Source: Paramoeba atlantica
Lineage: Eukaryota > Protista > Discosea
Length of the DNA: 64,000 bases
Direction of reading: 5' to 3'
Assembly: GCA_977017575.1 (NCBI GenBank)
Contig: CDRNVI010000058.1
Location: 1 to 64,000, forward strand
Shown: one piece after another, positions 21,647-32,956 of the stretch
How positions within the stretch are numbered: position 1 is the first letter of the stretch
Layout: the number at the start of each line of letters is the position of its first letter
Translations under genes and position numbers: made by a program
Notes under the pieces: generated by a model
What the model saw: only the letters and a program-made list of their open reading frames with translations
What the model was told of the DNA's origin: nothing
Database searches by the model: none

Positions 21647-22039
21647 TTATATCGGTAAGACTTGGCAAAGAAAAATATTGTTGTGACGCGGCCCTTCCGC
21701 CACACGTTGGGCAACAGCATCGCAGATAGCACTGTCCACGCGGTTACTCGCCCTCTTCCGAGTTCTTGGTGTCTTATCCTGGGAGCTTTGGAAGAGTTTT
21801 ATCCTGCGTTGAAGAGCGAACCTCTTGAGAAGAAAATACTTCCGGTGAAGAGGTGGTAATTGCAACATCATGTACCTTACTGATTGATCGAGAAGAGTGC
21901 CGAGGTGGAGAGTTCGTCGGGAAGAATCTTTTTCGACATTAGACTTCTTACAAATACTCTCTGGCAGAGGAAAACCATGTGGAAGACGAATGGAAGGAGG
22001 AGGAATGCGAAATCCTCCCGTAGGCTCTCTACCTCTCAT
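21647..22039 (-). CDS. Possible small hypothetical protein
   Basis: 130-codon ATG ORF on the same strand as the gene cluster; no family recognised. Confidence 0.25.
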   Translation of the reverse strand: MRGREPTGGFRIPPPSIRLPHGFPLPESICKKSNVEKDSSRRTLHLGTLLDQSVRYMMLQLPPLHRKYFLLKRFALQRRIKLFQSSQDKTPRTRKRASNRVDSAICDAVAQRVAEGPRHNNIFLCQVLPI

Positions 22040-22580
22040 TTTGCCAGTTAAGAATAAAGAAGTTGATATACTTTATCGTTATTCGATACTTTTAGTAGTG
22101 TAGGGAAAATCAGACGCTACAATTTATTCAACAAACCGCTTCACAGTATTTAATTCCCAAAATATGGTTTCAGAAAACAAGCAAAGGTAAACAACATATT
22201 AAGTGGTAATAGGAAGTAATAGAAGGTAATTACCTCATTACCACATACAGGGTAGGAATCAATGGAATAATTGTTTTTGAAAATCATTTTCCCTCAATTA
22301 GTATAATTCTTAATTAATGTTTCTACGGTAAAAAATAATTGAATTTCTCATGGGAGGAGATTTAATTACTTGAAATGTGATAAATTGGCCTCTTGAAAAA
22401 TGTGCAGAAAGTGATAATCCGTCTATCGGATGCACGCATTAAAGAGTTTTGGTTCCATGCTTTAACGCGCAAAGTCTGTGTTGAGATCTGCAAAATGCAA
22501 CAAAAATCAGATCAAACGGACACTTGGATGAAAAGTTAGAGGGGGGTGACTTTTCGCTGTGGGGGGTTAATTTTCACTAT

Positions 22581-22673
22581 TTGTGTCCACTTTTTTCAAT
22601 AATCGAGGGTAGAGTGGTAGCTATACAACTACTGCAATCGAGTGTAGAGCGGCAGTTGTACAATCACTGCAAT
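22581..22673 (+). repeat. ~60-bp dispersed repeat, copy 2, followed by a degenerate 35-bp tandem partial copy
   Basis: CGAGGGTAGAGTGGTAGCTATACAACTACTGCAAT followed by CGAGTGTAGAGCGGCAGTTGTACAATCACTGCAAT. Confidence 0.75.
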
Positions 22674-22771
22674 TCACTTCATTGAGGAAAAATGGGTTGC
22701 TGAAAAGAATTCAAAAAAGACCGCAGTTTTGAAAGGGTTCGGCTGAACGAATCCAACCCAGTGAATTCTCA

Positions 22772-23989
22772 TTATATCGTGTTTTCTGTGTTTCGAACAA
22801 AATGCCATATTTTAAGATGTCCATCTTCACCTACACTTGCTAGGAATGCATCGCGAGTGTCTCGGCGCCATGCCACATCCAGTAGAGCGCCTTCGTGATC
22901 CTCTTCCGAAGGATTAGTAGGAATATAGAACAAAGAAGCTTTTTTGCCAACTCCGTTGTCTGTTTGGTTTCGCCTAATCTTGCACAAACCAACGTGCCCA
23001 TCAGCTCCTCCATATGCAACAAGATCCAGAGGTCCCCAATCAACGGAGTATATGGGACCTTCGTTCAAACACTGAAAAACATCAGAAATTGTCCATAACT
23101 GACATTTGGCAGAAGATTCATCGAAAAACCGCGGACGAAACCACAGAATTATTCGCTCATCGGACCCGCAGGTGACCATATACTCGGTAAGGCCACTGGT
23201 ATTTTCTTCGAATAGTATTTTCCAAACTGTGTCTAGATGTTCTTGCAAAACGAATGGACAATCCCACTCATCGCTATAGACGCCCTTTTTTGGACACCAA
23301 ATACGAATCGTTTCATCATAGCCGCATGAGTAGAGCTCATCCTTCGAGGGGTGCCACGCAACAAACTTTACGTCTTGCGTATGACCTTCTAATAAACACA
23401 ACACTTCGTGTTCCTGTTTTAATGTACTGGTATACATCAGTTCATCTTTTGCTCGTGAATCTCCAGCAATAACCGAGCCACTGGATTCATGTGAAGATTC
23501 CAAATCAAAATCCTGAGTATTTGCTGCACAGGATGGCATACCATGAGCATCTGCCGAGTTTATCCATATCCATACTGTTTTGTCGCGACTGCATGTTGCT
23601 ATAAGACTTTTTTTTAAATGCCAGGCACAACACTTCACCTCACTGTCGTGACCTTCAAGGCATTCTTTAGCGCTAAAATATACGTCAGAGATCTCTTTTG
23701 GCCTATCAGAAGTAGAAACGGTTGAAAATTCAGAAAAGACAACGTCATATAAGTAAGTGCAGGAGTCAAAGCTACAAGTCATCAGACGGTCTCCTTGTGG
23801 ACTCCACGCCACACGCCGAATTGCTCGACGATGTGGCGTTGTGTGGCGAGCGATCCATTGTCGTCGAGAAAAGTCGAATACGCATATGCAGCAATCGGAG
23901 CCACCCGTCACAATTAACGGTTTGTAAGGATGCCAAGCGCAACACCACGCTGATCCTGCATGTGCCTTCGAATCATATACAATGTTCAT
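22772..23989 (-). CDS. CIA1: Cytosolic Fe-S assembly WD40 protein Cia1/CIAO1
   Basis: HRRAIRRVAWSPQG..L..CSFD, LEGHDSEVKCCAW...IATCSRDKTVWIW and LEGHTQDVKFVAWHP motifs; probable ATG at 23989 (upstream ATG at 24022). Confidence 0.88.
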   Translation of the reverse strand: MNIVYDSKAHAGSAWCCAWHPYKPLIVTGGSDCCICVFDFSRRQWIARHTTPHRRAIRRVAWSPQGDRLMTCSFDSCTYLYDVVFSEFSTVSTSDRPKEISDVYFSAKECLEGHDSEVKCCAWHLKKSLIATCSRDKTVWIWINSADAHGMPSCAANTQDFDLESSHESSGSVIAGDSRAKDELMYTSTLKQEHEVLCLLEGHTQDVKFVAWHPSKDELYSCGYDETIRIWCPKKGVYSDEWDCPFVLQEHLDTVWKILFEENTSGLTEYMVTCGSDERIILWFRPRFFDESSAKCQLWTISDVFQCLNEGPIYSVDWGPLDLVAYGGADGHVGLCKIRRNQTDNGVGKKASLFYIPTNPSEEDHEGALLDVAWRRDTRDAFLASVGEDGHLKIWHFVRNTENTI

Positions 23990-24308
23990 AAAAATATAAA
24001 TAAAAAAATCTAGATTCTCCAAAAATCATCCGCCGATTGCAAGAATTATCATTAGGCAAGTATTACCATTAGGTGTGCGAGTCTAAACGTAGGGGGATGA
24101 AAGACCGTCTTTGCCGTGTGCACTGGACAGCTTTTACTAGAGAAAAGACTTGCAGGTGTATAAGTAAGAAATGAACACAAGGAAGTGTGAACCACTTCAA
24201 AGAGTGGGTATATGACAGAGACGAATCGACAAAATAAGTTTGCCGTAGCGCTTCGTATTAATGACAAAAATTCATGATGCGGGACTCATGCTCTGATCAC
24301 AAAATAGG

Positions 24309-25868
24309 CTAGTCAAAAAATGCAGCATGCTTCTGGTTTCTTATCGGAGTACGTAAGTCAACAACCTTGGATAGATTCATGCCACCTGTTTTCCAGTCTT
24401 CTATCTCAAAAATATGGTCAACAACGTTATCTAAATCTTTATAAACATGTGCAAGAAAGGGATTCTCCTTGCAGCACTGTAGCTGGACCACGAAATCAAA
24501 ACTACATGGATTCATGCGCTCTAATACGGTTTTCCGTAGCTTTTTCTTTGCTCTTTTTTCATCATATGAGAGTAGAACAGGCTGAGATCCACCTAGAAGC
24601 CTATTTAAAGATGTGTTGCGGACAATGTTAGCGAGCGATGAACCGTGTACGGTACAAAGGACGCGAACCCCACGCTGCGTCGCACTGCAAACGCCGATTG
24701 CCTCTTCCTCTGTACCTATTTCGTCGATGACTAATATGTCCGGAGCGTGATTCTGCACACCCTCCATCATGACTTTCAACTGCTGCTCTCGGGATGGAAC
24801 CTGAAGGCGTCGAGTACCACCAAAATACGGTGCCACCCCATCGGATTCCCCAACGATCTCATTGGAGGTATCAATCACCACCACCCTCGGAGGATCCGGA
24901 AGACGACTAAGGCTTGCGACGGCGTCCCGTAGCACAGTCGTTTTCCCCCCGCCTGGAGGCGACACGACCAACACGCTGCCAAAATACAGCAGATCGACCA
25001 GGAGACGTCCCGCAAAAGGGATGTATCGTCCCAGACGGATCGTACACCCGAGGGCGGTGCCATCCTTCCCCAGCAGCGCCCCCACACGGTGTAGAGTGCC
25101 GGGTATCCCCGCGCGGTGGTCGGTGCCCAGCCTGGGAAGCCTTTGAAAGAGATGCGCGATGTCCGTATTCTGCACAATATGGTCTAAGACTACCTGGGAG
25201 GTGCGGGTGTAAAGCACGGGCCTCTGGGAGACGTGCAGGTAGAGCTCTGTGGGCTCACACGGGGTTGTGGTTTCCGTCAACTCGTCGGGGTGGGTCGGTG
25301 TGCCTCGTAGACGTTCGATGGCTAAGACGACTTGTGATCGTAGGGTTACGGGCAGGAGTTGGATGAAACGGTCGTACTCCACTTGATAGGAGGAAGCAGC
25401 AAGATTGCGAAGAAGAGTTCGATTTTCTTTTGCTTTGTTTCGAAGTAGGTCTTCGCTTTCGCTAGATTCGTTTGCGTCTTGATCAGTTTTTTCTAATTTT
25501 TTCTTACAAAAGCTTTCGATATGCTCGGCGTCTTTAATAATGTTGCGGTGTAGTTTGTCCCAGGCGTGAAATAAGTTCATAGTGGTCTTATCGATCGGCT
25601 GTTCATACATTCTCTTGTGACGGACGTCTCGATTAGTGTCCGTCATGGGTCGAAAAGAAAATGTAGATGAATTATTGTGGGAGCGAAAAGCAATGAAATT
25701 ATTCGAAATCGTCGAATGTTTAATCCGCGTGAGCTTTCTTCTATTCAAGGAAAATGGTTTGTAAGCAATATTGAAGAGCGGGATCGGCGATTTTTTAGCA
25801 CGTGAATCTAATAGCGGTTCTCGTGTTGTCCTACATCGAAGAAAATTTGCTTTGCAGAAGCAAAACAT
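24309..25868 (-). CDS. Ycf45/SpoIIIAA-like AAA+ ATPase
   Basis: Walker A SPPGGGKTTVLRD, VVVIDTSNEI, RRLQVP, QNHAPDILVIDEIG and TVHG motifs; the true start may be the ATG at 25646. Confidence 0.82.
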   Translation of the reverse strand: MFCFCKANFLRCRTTREPLLDSRAKKSPIPLFNIAYKPFSLNRRKLTRIKHSTISNNFIAFRSHNNSSTFSFRPMTDTNRDVRHKRMYEQPIDKTTMNLFHAWDKLHRNIIKDAEHIESFCKKKLEKTDQDANESSESEDLLRNKAKENRTLLRNLAASSYQVEYDRFIQLLPVTLRSQVVLAIERLRGTPTHPDELTETTTPCEPTELYLHVSQRPVLYTRTSQVVLDHIVQNTDIAHLFQRLPRLGTDHRAGIPGTLHRVGALLGKDGTALGCTIRLGRYIPFAGRLLVDLLYFGSVLVVSPPGGGKTTVLRDAVASLSRLPDPPRVVVIDTSNEIVGESDGVAPYFGGTRRLQVPSREQQLKVMMEGVQNHAPDILVIDEIGTEEEAIGVCSATQRGVRVLCTVHGSSLANIVRNTSLNRLLGGSQPVLLSYDEKRAKKKLRKTVLERMNPCSFDFVVQLQCCKENPFLAHVYKDLDNVVDHIFEIEDWKTGGMNLSKVVDLRTPIRNQKHAAFFD

Positions 25869-26191
25869 TTGACAAAGTAAAAGGTGGTGTGTGGGTAGTA
25901 AAAAAAAATTATAGTTGGAATTATCTGATCACAGTACTTCAAAGTGAAAATTCCTTAGCCAAGAAAGAAAACATGAAAATTTAGTTTTTAGAAAGTTCAG
26001 AAACTCCTGAAATTAGATTATAGCTGTGCTAGAAAACTGGTTGGGGAAGTGAGTCAGTGTCGAAATATGGAAACGTCATTTTATCCTCATTAAGAGTAAG
26101 AAAATGTTTTGTCACAAAGAATATGTACCAGCAAAAAAGTTTTGCCTCCTACATTCTGCAGAGCAAATTGAAAGCTGGAGAGAAGGATTGC

Positions 26192-26890
26192 CTAGTAAGT
26201 TCGCGTGTCTCCCAATAAGATGCTTTGTGGGGGTGGGGGTAGGTGATAGACGCTGGAGGCTTCAGAGATGCTGGAATTCGCGTTCCTCAAAGAAGCTTCA
26301 TTGGGAATAAATATGGACATGTCCACTTCCTTTTTCGGAGAATCCGACACGCTGTACAATTTTGAAATGTCCTGTCTGCTTCTTACTGGAGCTGAAGTGA
26401 CTCCTCGGGGCTTTTCTGCAGTCTCCTCACGGGAGAAGGAGGGTGAGGCGACATGCACACGAGATTTTGTTCGTGCCGCCTTGTGTTTTTCATTCTGTAG
26501 TTTGTGGGGATCATTCAAGAGTTCCAATAGATTCTCCACCCGCCGTTTCGCTCCGTCGATGCGAGATGCCATAGCAAGGGATGCTCTATGATCCCGCATG
26601 TCCCGGAGAACTGCGCTGGTTCCATGAAGGGTGAGATATTCCATGCAATCGAGCGCCTTGGTGATCTGAATCTCTTTGCTGTGAGGGTTATGTATTCGCT
26701 TCCACAGGGCGCGCAGTATGATTCTCCTCTTCTCGCTGTCGTGAGTGGCTTCGGCAAGTTGTTGCATTTGTTGCGTAGTGGGTCCCCAGACATCCGTGTT
26801 GGTCGCATCCTTTACTTTAGCTTTAATTTCAGAGTATCGGTGGACCCAATATTTCAGTGTACGAAAAAGCGTATTGAGCTCGACGGACAT
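26192..26890 (-). CDS. ENTH-domain (epsin-related) protein
   Basis: KVKDATNTDVWGPTTQQMQQLAEAT...LWKRI...KALDCMEYLTLHG. Confidence 0.85.
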   Translation of the reverse strand: MSVELNTLFRTLKYWVHRYSEIKAKVKDATNTDVWGPTTQQMQQLAEATHDSEKRRIILRALWKRIHNPHSKEIQITKALDCMEYLTLHGTSAVLRDMRDHRASLAMASRIDGAKRRVENLLELLNDPHKLQNEKHKAARTKSRVHVASPSFSREETAEKPRGVTSAPVRSRQDISKLYSVSDSPKKEVDMSIFIPNEASLRNANSSISEASSVYHLPPPPQSILLGDTRTY

Positions 26891-27424
26891 CTCGAAACGT
26901 TAAAAGTGGATAGATATTTATTAAAAAAATGGCCCAGCATGACCTCTCGATTTCCCCTATACTGTCCCCTGTACATGTTTTATCGCGAAAACACAGATTT
27001 TACTGCTGAAAAAATTAGTAGCAACCCAGTACAAGTTATTAAATCTTAAAGTAGATCTTCACGTACAATGGGTAGATGCCAGAGATTATAAAAACATAGC
27101 GCATTGTCCTCCATTCATAATGTCGCAGATTTTGACCACGCGTTATACACAGTGTAGCTTAAAGAAAGAAAGAAATTATCGTAAGATTCGAAAAAAGATG
27201 TAACCATTCACCAGCGGAATTGCTGCTTCTATACCGAACTTCGAATTGGGTGCGAAAATAAGAAGTAAAAAATATAAAATGCATATCAGATTTTTTTTTC
27301 AGAACAGAGTTCAAATTTTTGTGTTCATTTTACTTGAGGCTCAACAACACTTGCGGTTCAATATCACTAATAATTCATTTTTTCTTCACTAATAATTCAT
27401 TTTTTGGATGCGCTGTTGCAAAAA

Positions 27425-28678
27425 TTATTTTGCTTTGTTTCTTTCACGGGAGGCCAGCTGTATTACGTCTAACCCTAAGAGACCATGCTTCTGCACTGCC
27501 TCGTCAGATACCGTCACGCTTTCTTCTTCAGCCTGAGTACTCCCTGAGTTTCGCTCCTTGGGGTCTTCCGCCACCTCCGCATCCGTTTCCTTCCGAGCGG
27601 CTCTCTGCTGCAGCCGAACAATTTCCGCAATAAGTTTCTCACGATTGAGAGAAGCCCCATCTGTGCCCGCTATGCGTTTTCCAGAACCTTTCTTGGCAGC
27701 GATACGAGCCTGTGTTTTTTCAGCGAGCTCAATAAGCTCTGCCTTACTTTTGAGATGAACGGATAACAGACGCTTTTCCTCATGAGGCATGTGGGAAAAC
27801 GGGAAATTGTTGTCAGCCTCGAGTTCCGCACGGTCACGTACCTCAGGGTTCCAATCCAAGTACCTCCACTGGCCAAGTTGTCCCTCCAGATGCTTAATCG
27901 TAAGACGCTGCATGATGGCTTCATGCGCCAGCATGGGTTTGAACTTTTCCAGTAGCTCGACAATGTAGTCCAGCCGTCGGGCTTGAATGGGCTTCAAGTA
28001 CGCTGCGTTTTCTTTCTTGATAGCCGCCTCGTTGCGCTCCGTGGAGTGCCGAGAAAGTGCATCATAGCGCCACCGTTTCTCCACGACAACTTCTCGATCG
28101 ATCACATTGTTGTATTCTTCTTCTAAATTCATCTCTGGCGGAGTGAGGTGAGAAACGTTTTCGGCGCCTCCGGTTCGCTTTCTCTCGGCTTTGAAGGATT
28201 CGTATTTGACTCTTTTCTCATGCTCCGAGCGAAGTGCAGCGCTTTTTTGCATGTCAAGTTGCGTGTAGACCAGCCACTTATCCATTTCTGCAAAGTTACT
28301 CGAACCCTCGTCCTTTAAATACGACCACAACGCATGGCGCAACATTCGTTCAATCGCAGTTAGCTTGTCGGAGGGTTCATCGTCTTGGATGTTTTTCCTT
28401 AGTTTTGCAGCACTACCAATAAGGTTCTCAACTTCAGTGCTTAAGTCCCGGAATGAGTGTGAATATTTTCTGACATATGCGGGAGGCTTATTACCCTTGA
28501 TACATCTCAGAAGCTCAATTGCAGTGTTCGTATTTTTCTCAAGGATTTCACTTTTATTTTTTTCTCGATCAAAACGAGGAATAAATATCACCGGAGCCAC
28601 GCCGCATACTCCACGTATTTGTGCTACGTACAGTGATGAAATCGAGTTATTGACTATTCCGCGCATTATGTTTAACAA
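27425..28678 (-). CDS. Kinetoplastid mitochondrial F1Fo ATP synthase peripheral subunit ATPTb2 (subunit d-like)
   Basis: ERMLRHALWSY, IDREVVVEKRWRYDAL and EAIMQRLTIKHLEGQLGQWRYLDWNPEVRDRAELE closely match my recall of T. brucei ATPTb2. Confidence 0.8.
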   Translation of the reverse strand: MLNIMRGIVNNSISSLYVAQIRGVCGVAPVIFIPRFDREKNKSEILEKNTNTAIELLRCIKGNKPPAYVRKYSHSFRDLSTEVENLIGSAAKLRKNIQDDEPSDKLTAIERMLRHALWSYLKDEGSSNFAEMDKWLVYTQLDMQKSAALRSEHEKRVKYESFKAERKRTGGAENVSHLTPPEMNLEEEYNNVIDREVVVEKRWRYDALSRHSTERNEAAIKKENAAYLKPIQARRLDYIVELLEKFKPMLAHEAIMQRLTIKHLEGQLGQWRYLDWNPEVRDRAELEADNNFPFSHMPHEEKRLLSVHLKSKAELIELAEKTQARIAAKKGSGKRIAGTDGASLNREKLIAEIVRLQQRAARKETDAEVAEDPKERNSGSTQAEEESVTVSDEAVQKHGLLGLDVIQLASRERNKAK

Positions 28679-28916
28679 GATGTAAAAAGAACTTGCACGA
28701 TCTAAAAGTGATATGGTGAATTAGTGAAAAGGAAATAGAGGACATAGAAACTAACTGAACTTACAAACTTCGATACAAAAATTATAACACCACGTCATCA
28801 GAAAAGATATTTTAAAAAATGTACAAAAATGACCCGCTACAGAATCCAGCAAAACGTACGCCACTTTTTCACTACTATAGAAATATTGTGATCCTTTAAA
28901 TTAGAGAATAAAGAAT

Positions 28917-30701
28917 CTACGAATTCAAGTGACCTCCTTTGGTGAGAGAGATGCTAGAACCTCGCCGGTTTCTACTAGAGCACTTCTTTCGAACGGTAGA
29001 AGAATCTTGTGTATCTGTAGGCGATTGTGAAGAGTTGGCCGTGCCCTCATTCGATATGTCTACAATGGAAGAAGTTTTATCATTCTTTGCAAAAGATAAC
29101 TTAGAAAACAAATCCTTAACAACCAATTCACGTTCACGTAATCCTTCTGACTGTTGCATTTGCTCTATCACATGATTTGGGGAAGTGCCTTGTCGACTTT
29201 GACAGGGCACACCTCGAAAAGTCTTAACACATGTTTCAGTCGATTTTTTTCTGACCACTTTTGCCCAAGTAGAATCCATTACGTTGCAAACTGATGAAGT
29301 TTGATTCATCGGATTCTCAGAGAGAGATTTAAAATTAAAATCCTTCCTTTCGGTATCTAGCTCGCCTTCAATTTCAGAATTATCAGATGAGGAACATTTA
29401 CTTAAGCAATCTCCGCAATCATTTTCCTCAAGGAAGACGGACTCTGGCGCCGAGCACATTCTTAAATCTGTCTCGTTGACATCCTCCACTTCATTGGATC
29501 CTCTAGAAAGGAGGATTTTGTATCTTCTCCTACGCGTTTCGAGTGCGCTTTTACAAGCAATCAATTCTTCTTTTGAAAGGTGGCCTCTCAAATCTGCTAC
29601 GCATATGATGAACTCAGATCCTAGTGGAAGGAACGAAAAATCTTTGTATCGAGACTGCGTCAAGGTCGTTTGAACAATTTTTTCAAAATACAAGACTTTA
29701 AGTGACAGTTTGTACGGCTTTTCTTCCGTTCCGTGTGGATTTGAGTGCAAAGACGACTCAGAAGCAAATCTCATTAATCGGCACTTGTTGCTTATTGCAT
29801 TGCGCACACGAGTCAGCAGCATTTGAGTACAGAACGGGTCCAGAAAAATACATTCACCATTTTCCGCATGATACAGATAATGATCTTTACTTTCGATTTT
29901 CACTGTTGTAGGCATTTTGTTTACAGTGTGAGAAGTAAATTTTCCCCCAGCTTCCTTGATGTCGCTAATCTCAGCCTCCAATTTCGATAGGTACGTTGCG
30001 TGCCAAGTGCTGCACTCTTTGTCCTTGGTGTATTTCCTTCTTCGTTTTAACAAATCCGCTTTTGCTCTTTCGAGTACTAACAAGGCGGAAGATACAGAAG
30101 CTGTGTAATACTTCCCGCTAAGATTATCGAGATCGTCATTGAGAATCAAAGGGTTCATGATCGCTTCACTATTTTGTAGAGGGATGTAGGCTTGACTGCC
30201 AGTCCGTCGGTACATGAGGCGAAATGTTAGTGGAGTGTTTCGAAGCGCTAAGCCCAACCAAGCGGTTGAAAATTCTGAAATATGAACAGAATAGTAGCGC
30301 CCTACTTTTGGTTCAGCTTTGTGAAAAATTAAATGACGAAGCAATTCGCGGGTAACCCCAATTTGCGAACAAATAGGACATTTATAAACGTCGATTGTGC
30401 ACGTAGATTGTAATCTTGGTGAAGTTACCTTATAAATGCAATGCGCGCAGAATATATGCCCACATGGAGTAATCAAAGGTGCAACAAAATCTTCAAGACA
30501 AATTGGACAACAAGAAGCAAAGTCGTAAAAAGCTATGGCGTAAATATCTCCCCAATCCGGAGGCCAATCCATATCGTACAGAAAGCGGTACTCGTGGTTG
30601 ACTGTGGCTCGATAAGATGCCGAGCACCAGGTGGGTCGAAGAATGACTTTATATTGCGGGCGTAAAAGCCATCGTTGCGAGCTCATTACTTTCGATGCCA
30701 A
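28917..30701 (-). CDS. C3HC4 RING E3 ligase, RNF10/Mag2-like
   Basis: CPICLEDFVAPLITPCGHIFCAHCI...CPIC; downstream YLYHAENGECIFLDP resembles the RNF10 YFYQAxDGQxxFLHP motif. Confidence 0.75.
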   Translation of the reverse strand: MASKVMSSQRWLLRPQYKVILRPTWCSASYRATVNHEYRFLYDMDWPPDWGDIYAIAFYDFASCCPICLEDFVAPLITPCGHIFCAHCIYKVTSPRLQSTCTIDVYKCPICSQIGVTRELLRHLIFHKAEPKVGRYYSVHISEFSTAWLGLALRNTPLTFRLMYRRTGSQAYIPLQNSEAIMNPLILNDDLDNLSGKYYTASVSSALLVLERAKADLLKRRRKYTKDKECSTWHATYLSKLEAEISDIKEAGGKFTSHTVNKMPTTVKIESKDHYLYHAENGECIFLDPFCTQMLLTRVRNAISNKCRLMRFASESSLHSNPHGTEEKPYKLSLKVLYFEKIVQTTLTQSRYKDFSFLPLGSEFIICVADLRGHLSKEELIACKSALETRRRRYKILLSRGSNEVEDVNETDLRMCSAPESVFLEENDCGDCLSKCSSSDNSEIEGELDTERKDFNFKSLSENPMNQTSSVCNVMDSTWAKVVRKKSTETCVKTFRGVPCQSRQGTSPNHVIEQMQQSEGLRERELVVKDLFSKLSFAKNDKTSSIVDISNEGTANSSQSPTDTQDSSTVRKKCSSRNRRGSSISLTKGGHLNS

Positions 30702-31154
30702 TTACTTCAAGGACCGAAGAAGCATGAAGAAAAAGAAACCTCAAATGTAGACGAGGAGGTAATATGAACTATCTTAATAACACAAGATCAAACCTATCAA
30801 AGTATAAATTCACATGTTTCGTAATAGAAAGATAATTTACTTTTATCTTATCCACAAGAACGTGATTAAAATGAAAATAGAGCATATTTATTGCCAAACT
30901 TGGACTCCTCTACTATCACTTCAGGATACAAAAAAACGAGATGCTAACTGTTAACCTTTCTACAAATTACCAAAATCAAGAGCACACGATCGCCAAAGGC
31001 TAAAAAAAGAGAATAAGAGCAAAGTGAATTAGTCATAAAACTCATAATGTATGCCAACATCAAAGTACACAATTCATATATTAAAAGCACGGAATTCAGC
31101 ATTCTGAATACATGCGCATTTCTCTTTTTACTACTAATCTCGAAATCTAATACT

Positions 31155-32483
31155 TCAATCGCTGTGACTTGACGATGTTTCTTCCAATTTATAATCGGTG
31201 GAAGATGCAGCCTCCTGCTCAATTTTACATTTTATAACTTTTTCCTTCAGTACAACGAGCACTTCCTGGGCTTGACTTGTTGTGCGTGGGTAATCCATTT
31301 TCAATTGTTCAAAGGAAACAATGCGGTGAAGATCAATTCGGAGTGGTGCATCTTTTCCTTGTTGTGATTTTGTTACCTTTCCACCGGAGGATTTTTTTCG
31401 ACGGTTTGAAAACAACCAGTCGCTTTCGCCATTAGGCGAGGTGTCTTCTGAGACTGCAGTGCTCGGGCGATTAGTTTCTTGAGGCTTGCGATGTGCTTTT
31501 CCGATACTAAGTTTATCCTCAAGATAATAAATCAAAGAGTTGCAGAGATGGCGTTCCTTTTCATTCATATGCAAAGCCTCATCTTGTTCGTTTTTTTTCG
31601 CGCGGTCTTCCGATCTCTGTTGACGCAGTTTGTCCCTCTCAGCCTTTATGGCCTCGAGCTCTGTCATCCACGCCTCTCGCTTCGATCGGTACTCTTCTTC
31701 TTCCTTCTTAAATTCTTCCCGAAGATCTTGCATCGCCTTGTAGGCCTCATTCATTTGCGTGCGAAGCTTGTCTCGCTTGCTGCGTAATTCTTTTACCTCC
31801 TTCCACGCACCTGTAGGTGCCGAAAGCGCATCTCTGGCTGCTTTTGCTTCATTCAATTTCGCTTTGTGTTCTTCAATACGCTTTGATATCTCGCGTGATT
31901 CGCGTAAATTTTCAATTTCTTTATCGCCGCACTGACTAATCTGCTCCTTCAGCGGCTCAACCTCCTTCAACTGCTCCTTGGCACTCTCCAACATCTTTCG
32001 GCGTCTCAGAAACTCCTTCTCCTGCTTCAAACTTCCATGGCCCTCTGTTTCCAACTTCTGCTCCATGTGCGCAATCGCGGAGTGAATATCCTCCACGTTC
32101 TTAAACGCATCCAACTCGCCGGTAAGCTTCTGAAGTTTACTACGCAAGTCGGCGCGAAGCTGTCGGGTCTCCTGTGTCGCCTTGGAGAGCTCGTAGTACT
32201 TCTCCCGTTCGCGTTGCATCAGCGCCTGCAGGTGACGAATCTCCCCGTTGTATTCCTGCTGCCTCTCGTAAAAGGAGCGGCGCTCTTCGTCACTCTCCAG
32301 TGCCCGCAGTCGCTCCGAGAGTGTACTCAGGCGCGCGCGAAATGCTGTCATCTCTTCCCGCGTGCGTGCGATCTTTGTGTCCAGTGCGGCCCGATTGGGT
32401 GGGGGTGGGGGTTTGGGGAGTGCGGGGAAACTTCGGGTTTGGGTTTTGTTGTCGCTTTTAGCGGGGAGGGGTGCCTCGGTCAT
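31155..32483 (-). CDS. Coiled-coil protein, BFR1/proton-pump-interactor-like
   Basis: N-terminal PKPPP.P.R, a long heptad-rich region and a C-terminal LRIDLHRIVSFEQLKMDYP...V...LKEK segment. Confidence 0.6.
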   Translation of the reverse strand: MTEAPLPAKSDNKTQTRSFPALPKPPPPPNRAALDTKIARTREEMTAFRARLSTLSERLRALESDEERRSFYERQQEYNGEIRHLQALMQREREKYYELSKATQETRQLRADLRSKLQKLTGELDAFKNVEDIHSAIAHMEQKLETEGHGSLKQEKEFLRRRKMLESAKEQLKEVEPLKEQISQCGDKEIENLRESREISKRIEEHKAKLNEAKAARDALSAPTGAWKEVKELRSKRDKLRTQMNEAYKAMQDLREEFKKEEEEYRSKREAWMTELEAIKAERDKLRQQRSEDRAKKNEQDEALHMNEKERHLCNSLIYYLEDKLSIGKAHRKPQETNRPSTAVSEDTSPNGESDWLFSNRRKKSSGGKVTKSQQGKDAPLRIDLHRIVSFEQLKMDYPRTTSQAQEVLVVLKEKVIKCKIEQEAASSTDYKLEETSSSHSD

Positions 32484-32956
32484 GAACGTGGGAGAAAGTG
32501 AAAAAGAAGAGGTGTAGAAATGCCTGAGAGGTGTAAATTTTGAGATGAGAAAAAGAAAGAAAAGTTTTCTTCAGCGGTCAAAAATATATCGATGTGAAGG
32601 TAACGACTGAAAAGTAGGTAAAAATGAACTATAGAAGGTATTTTTGTCTTAAAATACAGGAATCCGTTGACTCGCTGACGTTGTTTGCGTATTTACAAGG
32701 TAAATACCTTGCACGGAAGCATTACTATCGAAGAATTTCAAGAAGCTCACTGACCAAAGATGTAAACCTAAAAAAGAAATTAAATTGCTACTAAAGCATC
32801 TGAGGCTTTATAAGAACAGAAAAAGAGCAAAGCAAAGCTTCAAAACTCCCTTATTAATAGTTAAAAATATTATCTTCCGACAGAAACAAAAAAGGACGAA
32901 ATGTGAAGACCAAAATTCTTCATCGTACATCAGACTCAATACTTCCTTAACGATAA

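Noticed and set aside
26588-27049. 153-aa plus-strand ORF and the many other short antisense ORFs in 22-59 kb
   Set aside because: They overlap well-supported minus-strand genes and have no motifs.
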